In this document: positions 44,500-61,942 of the stretch, piece by piece
Position numbering within the stretch: the first letter of the stretch is position 1
Layout of the letters: every line of letters starts with the position of its first letter
NCBI GenBank assembly: GCA_012295275.1
Contig: CM022674.1
Location: forward strand, 16,492,001-16,556,000
Length of the DNA stretch: 64,000 nt
DNA from: Chrysomallon squamiferum
Taxonomy: Eukaryota; Animalia; Mollusca
Direction: 5' to 3'
Program-made: the position numbers and the translations under genes
Notes under the pieces: model-generated
The model's input: the letters and a program-made list of their open reading frames with translations, nothing else
Database searches by the model: none
What the model was told of the DNA's origin: nothing

Positions 44500-45385
44500 G
44501 ATAAATTCTGGGTCACGACTGGAAGTAGCGTAAGGCTAACAATAAAAGATGCGGACCTCCGTAGGACTAAGTTTTGAAACTGAGATACGGTTAAGGGTAG
44601 GGTTAGGGTTAGGGTTAATCAAATTGTATCACTTGTGTAATGGAAATGTCAAAAATAATTTGTGGTTCACGATTGGAATTAGAGTAAGGGTAAGAATTAA
44701 TATTCCGAACCTCCGTAGCATTAGTTTCGGTAGTTAAGCTAGGGTTAGGGTTAGGATTAGGGTTAGAGTAAGTTTTATTTAAACTGTATCATTAGTGTTA
44801 TGACAATGTGCAAGATAATTTGTGGCATACGATTGGAAGTATCGTACGAATTAATGTTGCGGACCTCCGTAGGTTTAGGTTTAGAAATTGAGCTAGGGTT
44901 AAGGTTAAGGTTAGGGATAGATTTAGGGTTAGGGTTAGAGCTAGGATTATTAAAACTGTATCATTAATCTTCTAATAATGTGCAAACTAATTTGAGGTCA
45001 CGATTCGAATTAGCGTAAGGGTAAGAATTAATGTGGCGGAATTCCGTAGGTTTAAGTTTAGAAATTGAGATAGGGTTAAGGTTAGGGTTAGGGTTTGGAT
45101 AAGGGTTAGGGTTAGGGTTAGGGCTAGACCTAGGGTTGTTTAAATTGTATCACTGGTGTTAGGATCATGTGCAACATAATGTGTGAGTCACGTGGAAGTA
45201 GCGAAATGGTAAGAATTCAAGTTCTTGGATGATTAAAATATTATCATTAGAGATCTTATAATGTGCAAAATAATTTGGGGGTCACGATTGGAGTTAGCGT
45301 AAGGGAAAAAACTCATGTTGCGAATTTCCAGGGGATTAAGTTTAGAAATTGAGCTAGGTTAAGGATTAGTGTTAAGGTTAGGGAT
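44500..45385 (+). repeat. Satellite of ~150-190-bp units, each ending in a short degenerate (TTAGGG)n tract
   Basis: About 5 units share g(g/t)cacgattggaa.tagcgtaagggtaagaattaatg..ctccgtagg..gaaattgagctagggtta(a/g)gg. Telomere-like tracts at ~44590, 44740, 44895 and 45070. Confidence 0.88.
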
Positions 45386-45650
45386 ACAGGATTTGCCACC
45401 ATTTTGTTTTCTTTTTCTCTTATTTCTTTATTTTTTTATTATTTTTTTTTTTTTACAAAATAGCAAAATAATTTTATTTCTAAAATCTACATTTTTCTTC
45501 TTTTATTTCAACACTAAATATCTGAAATCTACATTTTACATCTTTTACTTCAAACTAAATTAATTCCACCCTTACCGGATGTACCCATTTTTACACACGA
45601 GTCCCAAAAATATAGAAAACAGTGACTGTGTAATAATAATAATAATAATA

Positions 45651-45694
<44 letters not shown>

Positions 45695-46806
45695 TACTAC
45701 TACTACTACTTCTACTATTACTACTACTACTACTACTACTACTACTATACTATTATTATTAGTATTAGTATTACTATTAGGATTAGTATTATGGAGTATT
45801 AATTGGCTTATTTACCTACTGAAATCCTAGCCCTTCAGCCGAACACGGACATTCTGGTTATTAATATTTTTGATAGTGTAGGATGATCAATGTGGGTCTT
45901 TAACATAAAGTATTAATATTTTTAAAAAAGGCTTCGTAAAAAATAATACAGATAAAAACACAGATAAATAAATGCAAATAACTGAAACTACTTTGTGTTA
46001 CTTGTAAGTACATAATAGACACTACATTTATTTGTACAGTTAAAATATTCATGATATGTATTCGTCCACAATTGCTTAATTATATCGTTTATTCCAATCG
46101 AGCCTATATTTCCCACTTGGTATAGTGCTGTGTAATTTTAAAAATAAAACAACTAAAGCAAAGTTATGGAATATATAAAAGGTAAAATAGCCAAGCGATA
46201 TGATTTATTTTATTTAAACTGGATTGTGATTGTGTTGTAGATTTAAAGACAAATTTAATATAATTTACCCTATTTATATATATATATATTTTAATACACA
46301 TAATATTTGTTATTATTGGTGTTATTATTTGTATTATCATCATTATTATTTGTCAGTATTCTTCTACTAATAATTGTGAACTCATTAAGAACGAGAACTT
46401 TGCTATTTCACCAAATATGACTGTGAGACTTAACTCCCTTATACGATGTTGAAGCCCTTAAACGCAGTAGTTTGATAAAAAAGAACCACAAAGTTTCAGA
46501 TATCGAAACCGCCTGCTTGAAGGTGTTCCCCATTGCTGATAAATGAACACATTATTAATCAATTAATGTATTAAGAATACTTCAGAAAACTTCTTTGTTT
46601 TATGATTTTATTGACGATACTGTCCTATACAGATCAGGTACTGTAATTATATAAACAGTGAACGAATAACAAGATTGGATGAAAGAAAGGAGAAAAAGAC
46701 AAATATAAAACGAAATTATAAAAATTTTAAATTAATGAAATGTCAGATATCATTTTCTTTCTTAATTATTGGTTTTATCATTGTTGTGTTGTTGTTGTTG
46801 TTGTTG

Positions 46807-46845
<39 letters not shown>

Positions 46846-46946
46846 TATCCATCCTTTTATTACCATCATCTTAATTATTTTTCAGTACTGATTATGATTA
46901 TGATTAAGATTATTATTGTTCTTGTCATTATTATTGTTATTATTAA

Positions 46947-47023
<77 letters not shown>

Positions 47024-47585
47024 CTCCTTGTCCATACTTATACGATCATCATCATCATAATCATCATTATTATTATTTTATTACGGAACAGCAGATTATT
47101 TTGTTCAGGATTATTTTGCTCCTGCCAGGACCTAGTTTTAGTTATTTAATATCTGGACCAAACGATAAGCCACAGACATAACGAATACAAATATAGCATA
47201 GCGTGTGTCTACACACCTGATAGACTTTAGCTCAATTGATAAGACGTCATTTGCTTCACTATCCTTTTTCACGGTCATTATATCAGTATTTCATACAGAA
47301 TTCTAACAACAGCAACAATAACAACATCAGAAGCAACAACAACAACCATAGCTATAAATGAAAGAAAGAAATAACTGAGTTACAAAGATGTTTCAGTATT
47401 TTCAACTGATCTATGTAATATACTTTTCTGATATAATTAACGCGCCAAGTGTATTTTTGAACTGTACATTCATTTGCTATATGGTATCATCTGTAAACAA
47501 TTAAACAAACAAACAAACAATCAAATAAATAAATAAATAAATAAATCTAACGAATGATGTACAATTATTTCGTGTTCGTGTGCAA

Positions 47586-50573
<2,988 letters not shown>

Positions 50574-51704
50574 GTAAGAGTACACATTTTATGACACTGT
50601 TTACATACAATTAAATAGCCTAAATACATTATGTATACTTCAAGATATGTTTTATTTATTTATTTATCATCATCATTATCAACATATTTTTTTATCCAAT
50701 CTTAGTTCATAAATAATTTATTATATATGATTTGTACTGCCTCAGATACAGGTGTTTAATCAGTATGTCATCCTTAAATAATAAAATGAATAAATGTTAT
50801 GAATAAGTATAATTTCAAATATGTTAATGTGATTAATATCTATGATTTTAACTATGTGAAGGTTATGAATGTCCAATTATTTATAGATGTAATAAAGTGA
50901 ACAAATGTTATGAATGACTATAATTTTAACTATGCAGTAACATAAACGATGAAGTGATCGAACGATTTGTTCAGGTTATTTATTGATAGAGACTATTCCA
51001 TAATCGCTTATTGTACTAGGGGTTAGCACGTATCAGTGATTTCTATATAAGAACAATAATACGGAGACACCCCGTGTTATTCAAGGTAAACGGCAGGTTA
51101 TTAGTAATGCGCTCAACCTTGTCTTGTATTGTTTAATGCGTCCGCGTTATGGGACCTCAGTGTTTTGGGAGGGCACCCACAGATTCACGAGTCAGTATGA
51201 CACAAAGAATTATATTACATGGGTGTTTGGGTCAGTAGGCTATATAAGTGAGTACATTACAGGGTACAAAGGTCAGTATGATTTACATCTGATTATATTA
51301 CAGTGGTATATGGGTCGGTAGGGTTGACAAATATTTATATTACAGCGTTGAAGATCTGAGCATATTTCTCAAAAACAATATTACAATCAGGCAAAATACA
51401 TTAAAGGAACAAGTTATATCAGACTGTGTTACAGATGTGTATGGTTATCTTTTCATTACATTTTGAAGTTCATTGTTACGTGAGATTTTTATTATAAGGC
51501 AATGTATAATTAATTATATTGCTGACGTTAAATGGGTCATGTGTAGTTATATATAACAGCGGTGTACTGACCACGTAGAATTAAATCATATGGGTACAGG
51601 TGTCAGATATATTGATATGTGGTATCATAAGAGGCTGTAGGATCAATCCTTCTTAGCGTTCCCTTTGCATTATATTTCTTCTTAGCGATGAGATATGTGT
51701 GTAT

Positions 51705-51767
<63 letters not shown>

Positions 51768-52972
51768 TATTGGTAACTGCAAACCTCTTTTTTTTCTTTC
51801 GTACAATTATCATGTAGATAAAAGGATTGTTGGTAAATTTAGACTCACTGACTATTCAGTTATTTTATATATCTAAATTTCAGTCACTATCTTGCTTACT
51901 CACACTGACACACTGAAGGAACGGAAAACAATTTAATTTACAAATTTCATTTCCTTTCTTACTTTTCCTCATATAAATGATTACTGCTTGACAGTCACAT
52001 AATAAAAAAAAAAAAAGTTAGTTGGGCATAATTACATGCAAGCCATTTATGAAAATGAATATTACTCGTGGTCATGCAAAAAGAGTTCTGTCAAAGATAT
52101 CCATGCTTAAGAGAAGAAAAACCTATTTTCTTATTTATATTTAATATTTATCTTATTGCTATTGATTTATGTATATGATCTTCTATCACTGTATTAAATC
52201 AAATGCTATTATAATTTTTATGATATATTTTAAATAGCGAAAAAGACCTGTAACTTAACTGATCTAAAGGTTGATATATATCGATAAACAAACCGATTAG
52301 AAAGAAATATACATAGATACGGACAGACAGACAGACAGATCAGTGGTTGAAATGCTTTGCTGTTATTATTTTTATTAGTAGAATTTTATTATTTTTATTA
52401 GTATTAATAAAATAGTGTCTTATATGCATTCATATTAACATATTGTATTGTCTTGATTACTCATAAACAATAAATAAAATTTACCGAATTGTAATATTTT
52501 TCTTATATTATAACAATAGTTAATTACAGCACAATTTAACTACTTCATGAAGTTTAATGTTTAAATCTTGTGTAATTTCCACACACAACAAATACTAATT
52601 GGAAATTATTTAAAATGTTAACTACAAAATGCTTATTTCCCATTCTAGATATCTCATACGAAAATTGATTAATAAACACTTTTTCATCTAACCAATTTAT
52701 TTCCTTAAAATAAGCATAAACAACCAGAAATAATAACTGGAAAAGTGTAATGTCCCAGTTCAAAGAAATTACATAAAGAGATTTTCAGAGAGAAAGAAAA
52801 CAAAATTAAATCACACACACTTTACAGCTTTAGTTTAGTTATTTCAGAAATGCTAAATAAGAAGATTTGAAACTATATACATTTCATTTTTTAAATTTGA
52901 TCTATGGCTACAGTATCAGGACAGTTTCAAGTCACAACATACATGTACAGGGGAAAAGACCGCGCGCGCGCG

Positions 52973-53090
<118 letters not shown>

Positions 53091-53329
53091 TAAGGTGCAG
53101 GCATACATGTGTATGTATGTATGTATCTGTGATTCTTTCTTTTTTGTTTACAGATGCATTAAGGTAAATGAGGAGCTTCGTTCTAAATCAAATATAATAT
53201 AATATCTGAAGTTTAACAATCATCATTTTACATTAAATTAACACCGTTATAAGATAATGTTAATGAGAAGAGACTGAATATTACTAAACCTTATTATCAG
53301 CCTGTTTATTGTTGTTCTTGTATTTATTT

Positions 53330-53400
53330 CAAATTACGTGCACTTTCGGTGTATTTTTCTAGTAATAACTGATACAAATTATATTCTGCAGTTATTGACA
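53330..53400 (-). pseudogene. Highly eroded FReD exon-4 remnant with 3' flank
   Basis: Minus strand reads SITAEYNLYQLLLEKYTESA versus SITGEGDFYRLSVEKYTGNA in the intact gene. Neighbouring 53430-53880 resembles 15740-16090. Confidence 0.6.
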
Positions 53401-54073
53401 ATTTTTTTTTTCTATTGTCATAAACATATCTTTATCCAGAACATAAATTAAAATAAAATAATTCAACAACATTTGTTTATGTAAATTTATATACAACAAC
53501 TTCTTCCAAAGAAATACAAACATAAAATTAAATTTCACAAGTGTTATATATTTACATTTAGCAATTGTTTCAAAATTAGCAGTTTATGGATTTATATCAA
53601 ATAAAAGGTAAAACACATTAACAATTCAAACATTTTCTTTCATATTGCTTTCTTTTTTTCATTAATTTGGCAAACCGTCTTTCGGTTGTTCTTGTTTGTT
53701 GTTTTTTTGTTTGTTTTTTTTTTGTTTGTTTTTTTTTGTTTGTTTTTTTACTTGAATGGTATTATTTACAATATTTTGAATTATAAAAAGTTCCTGTCAC
53801 TCGGAATTGTGTTTCATACATATTTTTTTATTGCTCTAATTAATTTTTGTATTCATTATGCTGGTACTATTGCTTCATTTGAACTAACAAAACACGCGTC
53901 TAGCTATCGTGGTAGCAGTACTGAGCTGTTGCTGTCTGATCTAAATAAAAATATTCACGTTTTAGAAAATGAGTGAAAACGAGCTTTTAAGACGTAAACA
54001 GTTAACAACCAGCAGAATATTTTAAAATTATTTTCAGATAAAATATAATTCTTGTCTCTGCGAGTTTTTCAGT

Positions 54074-54110
<37 letters not shown>

Positions 54111-54171
54111 TATAGACGTGGGTGCCACATAATTAAGAACATAATTTAGATTCTTAATGACTGTCATTATC

Positions 54172-54232
<61 letters not shown>

Positions 54233-55176
54233 TTGACTTTCACGGTCAACAAAGGGAATCCTGAGAGCAAAGATTTGCTATTTAATTTTCTGAGATATTT
54301 TTCTACCCCGTCTCTGTTTATGATTTAAATTTGTTATGAATCTAATTCACAAAATTTGAATATAGAATGTATTTCACTGGTTTGTCGATAAACGATGTTC
54401 GAACCTGCGTATTAATAACTGAAAAAGAGGAAGAAGAAGTAGAAGAAGAAGATAACGTTCAACAATCTAAATGCAGCAAATAATAAAATACATCTGTTTA
54501 CCTTTTTTTTTCATGTTTTATAATATATTATTGTTGTTTCTCTCGTTATTTTTGCTACTGAACTTGTGTTATTATTTATCTTGAATGTTCATAAACGTAA
54601 ATTACTTCATATTTTCCTATTTATTTCTGCACTTACGCGCAGACACCGTATAAACAGTAAATGTTACAAATCGTCGTAAATAGCTCTCGGCTGTACCTCT
54701 GTGTATCTCGTGCAGCAGTGACAGACTATTGTTATCTGACGTACATAACAAACAAACACAAATTTGCTATACTGGGTATCCGAGTATGATTTGATTACCA
54801 TTATATGTACAGGGATATATTTGGAAAACGAAAACACCATTATAAAATTAATCTACAAAAGTCGTATGTATAGAATCATTCACAACCACAAAGTACGAAA
54901 CGAAATATCATAAAATATTTAAAGTTGTCGTCAGTCCGTGTTTAGCACTGAGAAACAGTCGTTATATTTTAACATATTTAACATCAGTGTCCACCCTTTT
55001 GTTAAGTGTTAACAATCATCTAGTATCCTTTGTCTGTACGCTCGTTTATGCATTGTGAAATAGTCGTATCAAGATATAATCCTGCAACGTGCACAGTTGG
55101 TTTAAGTTTGCTGTCCGGTTACAAAATACTTGTATTATTTGTTTAGTCTGCGACAAACAGTTCATAAAATTTATTT

Positions 55177-55219
<43 letters not shown>

Positions 55220-55704
55220 TTTTTTGTCTCTGTGTCTGTTTATGAATTGTCAAAGAGTTACATTTAGAATAATTCTACAGTGTATACATCTGGATTCAGT
55301 TACCTTTCCGATTATAAAATTAAGATTAGTCATTCAGAATGCTATGTGTATAAAGACAGGAATCAGGATAAACATTGAGTTAATTGTGTCTGACAGAGGC
55401 AAAAGTATTTGTTCAGATTTTTAATAAGTAATATGAATCTTTCCTTATTTTTAAATTGATGTACTTTTTAAAACTACTTTTCGCACAACCAGCTTGCAGC
55501 ACCCAGAAAACTAAACAATCGTTCAACCAGCTGGGTGTCGTGCCTGAACAAGATTTTTTTTTTTCACGAATTTTTTATAAACATTATCCCAATGATGAAA
55601 ACACAAATAACTTTAAATAAATAAATAACAAGAACAAGAATAAGAACTGAAGATAATAATAATAATACAAAAGTAGTTATTTATTTATTTATTTACATTC
55701 TGTT

Positions 55705-56160
55705 ACTCGCAATCTTACAACCGTGTTTTAGACGTGACAGAGACTCGCAATCTTACAACCGTGTTTGAAACGTGACAGCGACTCGCAATCTTACAACCGT
55801 TTTTCTGACGTGACAGAGACTCGCAATCTTACAACCGTGTTTCAGACGTGACAGAGACTCGCAATCTTACAACCGTGTTTCAGACGTGACAGAGACTCGC
55901 AATCTTACAACCGTGTTTCAAACGTGACAGAGACTCGCAATCTTACAACCGTGTTTCAGACGTGACAGAGACTCGCAATCTTACAACCGTGTTTCAGACG
56001 TGACAGAGACTCGCAATCTTACAACCGTGTTTCAGACGTGACAGAGACTCGCAATCTTACAACCGTGTTTCAGACGTGACAGAGACACGCAATCTTACAA
56101 CCGTGTTTCAGACATGACAGAGACTCGCAATCTTACAACCGTGTTTCAGACGTGACAGAG
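55705..56160. repeat. 38-bp minisatellite, 12 near-identical copies
   Basis: actcgcaatcttacaaccgtgtttcagacgtgacagag x12 (456 bp), with no spacers. Confidence 0.96.
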
Positions 56161-57659
56161 GATTGCGACCTGTTGCACTGGAACTGAGATGAAAGCCGAT
56201 CTAGAAAATACCCGGAGTATGTTTTATTTTGAAGATATTTTTGTTTGAAAAGCAAAAAGAAAAATTAATGTAAATAAAAATTATGTCTTTTTGTTCATTC
56301 CATTAAAGTAATATTAACACAAATTTTAAAAATGTAAATGTCTCTGTGGCCACAAGTTTGTTATGAAACAAGGAAACAAACAACAAGGAACTCAAACTCG
56401 GGTTCTACATGTTGTATTTTTTAATTTATTTTATTTTCGTTATTTTATTATTGTATTATTTTTATTTATCTTATTTTTATTTTATTTTTTCATTTTATTT
56501 TTTGTTTGGAAGAAAAGATAATATTAAAAATATAAGAAAAAAGTAATAAAAGAAAAGAAGAAAAAAGTAATACATCTTGGTAGAAATTTCATTTACGATT
56601 TCTGTAATAAATGTTTAATTCTCTGCAGAAAAGAGCTATTACAAGTTTTTCATTTATTACATTTCAGTAAATCACTAATTTTTAAATTCATTTAAACGTT
56701 TATTTTAAAATTTGTAAAATAAGATTTTCTCAACACAACACTGAAAGGAAGACTTAATATTATGTAATTATTGTGATAAATAATTAACAAAATTGTTTTT
56801 TATAATACAACTACTACTACTACTAATAATAATAATAATAATAATTTCCATAACGTTTCCAAAACCTTCCATAGCCCACAAATCCAAATTTCCAAAACCA
56901 TTTCCAAGCGAACTCAGTCACAACAAAGTGTTTTAGCAGTTTTTAAATATGTTTGTCAGAGTTAAAACGTTTTCCTCCACTAGGCTGCAGAGTATTCAGG
57001 TACGATTACTAGTAATGACAAATTTAATGTAATTTATTTTAGCGTTTTAAAATGCAGTTTTATTCTTGGTGTTAGACATCACTATGATGATATGTAAGGC
57101 AGATTGAGAGAAACATGAATACAGAAGTATTGCTTTAGAAACAGTTGTCGCCTTGATTTCTTTTTATTGAATTAATAACCCATATCTTTAAACTGCCCCA
57201 AATCCTACTCCTTATGGGTTTGTTGTCTGAATTATCAGTTGGAATTCTCTCTCAGTTTTATTATTTTGCAACTTTCGAACTCAGTTTCAAGTTTTTCTCT
57301 TTGCTTTCACAGTCTTTCTGAAACTATTAGATTAGTCAAATCAGTGAGATTTCCCTTTTTCCTCAGCAGATGAAGACAGTGATTCAGTATGTTGTTCTAA
57401 TCATGTTCACTTTGTCTCTAATTCAGTGCACTGAGTACATTGAGACGTTTACCATTCTACGCATCGCTCTAAACCCTAACCCTAAAATGAAAAATAATCT
57501 AACTCTAAAGGGCCGTTCAAATATTACAAAACACAATATTTGTCTAAATTAAACGGTAAACCGAAAGAAAGAAACAGTAAAAAAAAAAAAACAGGGAAGA
57601 AAGAAACAGTTTTATTCACAACAAATTTATTCTCATATATGAATTTCTTTGTATCATTT

Positions 57660-58910
57660 AGGTCATAAGCACTTAGTAATACGAATGTTGTGTCCGACTC
57701 CAACCAAAAACTCAGGAATGGACTTGGAACTATTGACACGGTCCTGGCACAAGGATTTGAGTCTCCTCTGAAGGCGAATATGACCTTTGTTCTTGCACTT
57801 CTTCGGAGGGTTGCCAACTGCATCCTGTTGAAGAACGGTGCGTACAGTGGATTCTTCACGCTGGAACCACTGGATAACTTTCCAGACAGAAGAATGATGA
57901 TGGCCAACCATGCTGAAAAACTTATTGTTCCACCCTTCACAACAGTTGTTCTTTCGGTGGCCGGCATTGAGAGTGACCTCATGTCCGTACTCCTCACACT
58001 TGTCCACAACCGCTTCAAACAGTTCATCGTACACAGAACTGGACTAGTTCTGCAGCAACGCGTAAACACATGTCATTCCAACGTCACGGAAAGGTACACG
58101 AAGCACATAAACCTGGGAGAACTGAGTTGGAGCCATGGAGACGTTGACATCCATGAAGATGGTAGTCGCAGTGGCCAGGCGCCTCAGTCCCAGTTCTGTG
58201 GTAAAGGCGATGATCCTGCTAATAGTCTCAGGTCCAGTGTCGTAGAGTAGGAATGGCTCTGGATAAGGGCCAACTGTTTTCTGCCACTCATCTGGTATGA
58301 ACTCAGAGAGGTGCTGTGGTGCTGGAAGAGTCTTGCTTAGTGTTCTCCTCGAGTGGTAGGCGTGCCTGCACATCTGGTCAGAGCTCGGCTGAGACTTGAA
58401 TGAAGATCTGTGATGACTTTTCCAGTGAGTTCGCAGCTTGGTCACGCATGGCGCTGCGACACTTGGTGTATGAGATCTCAGTGTCATCAGGTGCATGAAC
58501 GACCGGGTTCAGGATCAGTCATATCTGCCGTAGTGCTGAGTGTAGCCAGACAACATATAAAGACATAATATAATACACTAATTAATACCAGAATATGAAG
58601 TCATTCAGAAATATTGATATTCAAACCTTAGACCCATTCTTTAATTTTTTCATTTTGTTCTGAAGAAACATAGAAGATTTTCCCGCCCATCCAATTAAAT
58701 CGCATTTATTAACATATTAGTGCGTTTCAGAAATATAAAATGTACATAAAATTCTATACAGTATATGCACCCTTATACAAAATCAGACTGACTTTCTTGG
58801 AGCACTTCAACCAAATGTTCTTCCTAATAGCTAACTTGGTATACATGTTGCCATGATAAAAAAAAAAAATTTGATCCACCTTTCTGACTCTTGATGACAT
58901 CCACAGTAAT
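57660..58910 (-). mobile_element. MULE (Mutator-like) transposase relic with FLYWCH-like N-terminus and an internal deletion
   Basis: IKSQKGGS..YHGNMYTK..IWLKCSKK (58790-58910), CLATLST..HAPDD, FLLYDTG..RIIAFTT..IFMDVNVSMAPTQFSQVY..CVYALLQN, then YDELFEAV and RKNNCCEGWNNKF..VWKVIQWFQREE. The central catalytic part is missing and there are frameshifts. Confidence 0.8.
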
Positions 58911-59635
58911 TTTATGCATATGTATGTGTATTTATTCTAATGATGGCACTAATGATTCTAAGGAATGGTACTCCCTCGCATCTTTTATACTGATATCATC
59001 GGTAATTAAGTTGGAAGTCATCGGGAAAGCCATATATGGGATAACATAAAGGGATAGATCTGAGGACATAAAGAGAAGGGATTATCCCTTGAATGGGTCA
59101 GTTAGAGAATGGTTTCTTAAATGGTTTCTTAAAGAAAATGATAAATGAGACATTAAAAGAACCCATTGGATAGGTCAAGGACTCAATGACAATTAAAACT
59201 GAACTGGGTAAGTCAACTGGGAAATTGACTTATGTTAGAGAGATGTACAGATATAGATTGACATAGTGTTTATGGTGAAAGATATGGATTGTCAATTGCG
59301 GAATGATGAGTAATTGGTGAAAGAGGTGCATATTTATGATGGAATATTTAAGTAGCATTAATAATATTAGTTTGGTATAAAAAAATAATTTTAATACCTT
59401 TAACATTTTTGAAATAGGAATTTTCGTAAAAATGTAGTGTTTCTTTCTTTCCGTTTCTTTGTTATTATTTTTTTTCTGTTAATTTCCTTCCTGTTCCTTT
59501 TTTTTTTTTTTTTTTTTTTTTTTTGTTTTTCTTTCCTACAACCGTTTAACAAAATGGTTTATTTGATGACGTTCTTAGTGGTTCTGGAAGTGACCTTTAT
59601 CGAGAGTACAGGAAATGACGTTATCGAGTGTACAG

Positions 59636-59810
59636 GAAAGTCACTCTCAATGCCGGCCACCGAAAGAACAACTGTTGTGAAGGGTGGAACAATAAGTTTT
59701 TCAGCATGGTTGGCCATCATCATCTTCTGTCTGGAAAGTTACCCAGTGGTTCCAGCGTGAAGAATCCACTGTACACACCGTTCTTCAACAGGATGCAGTT
59801 GGCAACCCCT
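59636..59810 (+). mobile_element. Inverted near-identical 175-bp copy of part of the MULE relic
   Basis: VTLNAGHRKNNCCEGWNNKFFSMVGHHH is the reverse complement of ~57806-57978. Confidence 0.85.
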
Positions 59811-59854
59811 GCTGTACATGTAGTAAACTAAATAATAATGAAGAAAAATAAAGA

Positions 59855-59899
<45 letters not shown>

Positions 59900-59996
59900 T
59901 AATTTAATATGAAAACCTGTATATAGATTATTTATTTATTTATTTATTTATTTTGATTATTTTATTTTTATTTAATATTACTTTATTTTATTTTTA

Positions 59997-60029
<33 letters not shown>

Positions 60030-60549
60030 TTCAATTTGACCGTTTCTCTTTTGTTGTTGTTGTCGTCGTTATCGAATTTGCTGTAATAAATGTTTTCGGA
60101 AAGAATTGTAAAACGTCAGTTGTTTGTGCAGTGTTTGAGGTGAAATTCACATCAGCAGTGAGTACTGAGAACTGGATGGGATGGTATGGGGTGGGGGGTG
60201 ACCTAGTTTATTAATTTTGTTTGAGCGCTGCGACACGACTTGAAGTCGATCGATAAACGAGTTGTCATGGCAGCGAAACATAAGCTGCCTTGTAGTTTCT
60301 TTTATTTTTATTTATTTATTTGTTTATTTGTTTATTATTATTGTGTTGTTCTTTATGCTGTGATGATGATGATGATGATTAATATACTGTTCCCCTTTAT
60401 TTTGTTTAGATTTAAAAATATACATATATACAAAAAATATGTTTTCAATGATTTATTTCCGTATTAATTTCATAATTGATTTAAAATAATATATTTCGTT
60501 TTCTTCTTTTTTTCTTCTTCAAAATTAAGACTAACGGTTCGACGTTGAA

Positions 60550-60605
<56 letters not shown>

Positions 60606-61055
60606 GTTGTTGTTGTTGTTGATGATGATGATGATATAATAAAATCGACAAGAACAGAAAAATGAACAACCACTACAAGAAGAACATTAACAATGACTGC
60701 AGCAATAATAATAATAACAAAGACACCATAAAATGCGCTAAATAATAATAAGAAGTAGAAAAGTATCAATAATAGCGACGATAAGACACTAAACAGGCAG
60801 ACAATAATAGAACTAATAATAATAATAACAACAACAATTATTACAACATGAAGACGAGAAATCATTAAAATAACAACATTCACAGTAATGAAACAGCAAC
60901 AACGACATGAATAATTATAATTCAAATGATAACAAAATAACAAATAAATACCGTGAAAAAGACAAAATATTATTGAGAATTACAGCGATTCTGTTAATAG
61001 TAATAATGACAAGACGATGACAACACAGCGATAGCAGTAGAAATAATAATAATAA

Positions 61056-61086
<31 letters not shown>

Positions 61087-61593
61087 AAGAAGAAGAAGAA
61101 CAACAACAACAACAACAAAAACACAAAAACAGTTACAATAATAAGAATTAAAATAACACTCATTATAATGACTATGACGACAACGATGAAGCTGACAACA
61201 GCAGAAATAATGAAAGTTACCATGATGATCACAATGGTAATAATAATCATAGCGACATCAGAAAAAATATCATCAACCAAATAACAACATCAACAGCAAC
61301 GACGTCAACAACAAGAATAACACTTACATAAAAAGTGAAAAATTATAATGAGAAATGCAACTATTATAAAACCCAGTACTAATGATACAACGCCAACCAC
61401 GGCGACATCAAAATAATAACAACAACAACAGTAGTAAGAATAATAAAAAGAACAACAACACAATGAAAAAGACGAGAAATTAAAACATTAGTAATAATTG
61501 TAATAAGAACAACAGCAGTAATAATACAAAGTTAATAATAACTAAATAAAAAAATACAGTTACGGTAAACAACGACGACGGCAACAAGAAAAC

Positions 61594-61942
61594 AAGTAAT
61601 GAAGGTGACAGTAATGGCAATTAATGAAGGTGACAGTAATGACAATTAATGAAGGTGACAGTAATGACAATTAATGAAGGTGACAGTAATGACAAGTGAT
61701 GAAGGACAAGTAATGAAGGTGACAGTGAAGGTGACAGTGACAATTAATGAAGGTGACAGTAATGACAATTAATGAAGGTGACAGTAATGACAATTAATGA
61801 AGGTGACAGTAATGACAATTAATGAAGGTGACAGTAATGACAATTAATGAAGGTGACAGTAATGACAATTAATGAAGGTGACAGTAATGACAATTAATGA
61901 AGGTGACAGTAATGACAATTAATGAAGATGACAGTTATGACG
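61594..61942. repeat. 25-bp minisatellite, about 13 copies
   Basis: caattaatgaaggtgacagtaatga has period 25 (61741 to 61766). Confidence 0.95.

Noticed and set aside
45579-47181. Hydrophobic poly-I/L/V ORFs resembling membrane proteins (also 15.5, 21.0, 33.9 and 60.5-61.3 kb)
   Set aside because: They derive from (ATT)n, (GTT)n and (AGT)n repeats and T-rich DNA, with no splice or motif support.
50990-51700. Moderately GC-richer segment with short ORF 51124..51321
   Set aside because: No recognisable protein motif, splice pattern or terminal repeat. Probably an unclassified repeat; no call can be supported.
55705-56160. CRISPR-like appearance of the 38-bp repeat (also the 40-bp and 25-bp arrays)
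   Set aside because: Units are head-to-tail with no unique spacers, there are no cas genes, and the context is intron-containing animal DNA.
57690-58250. 186-aa plus-strand ORF and 181-aa alternative minus-frame ORF
   Set aside because: They are shadow frames of the MULE transposase relic.
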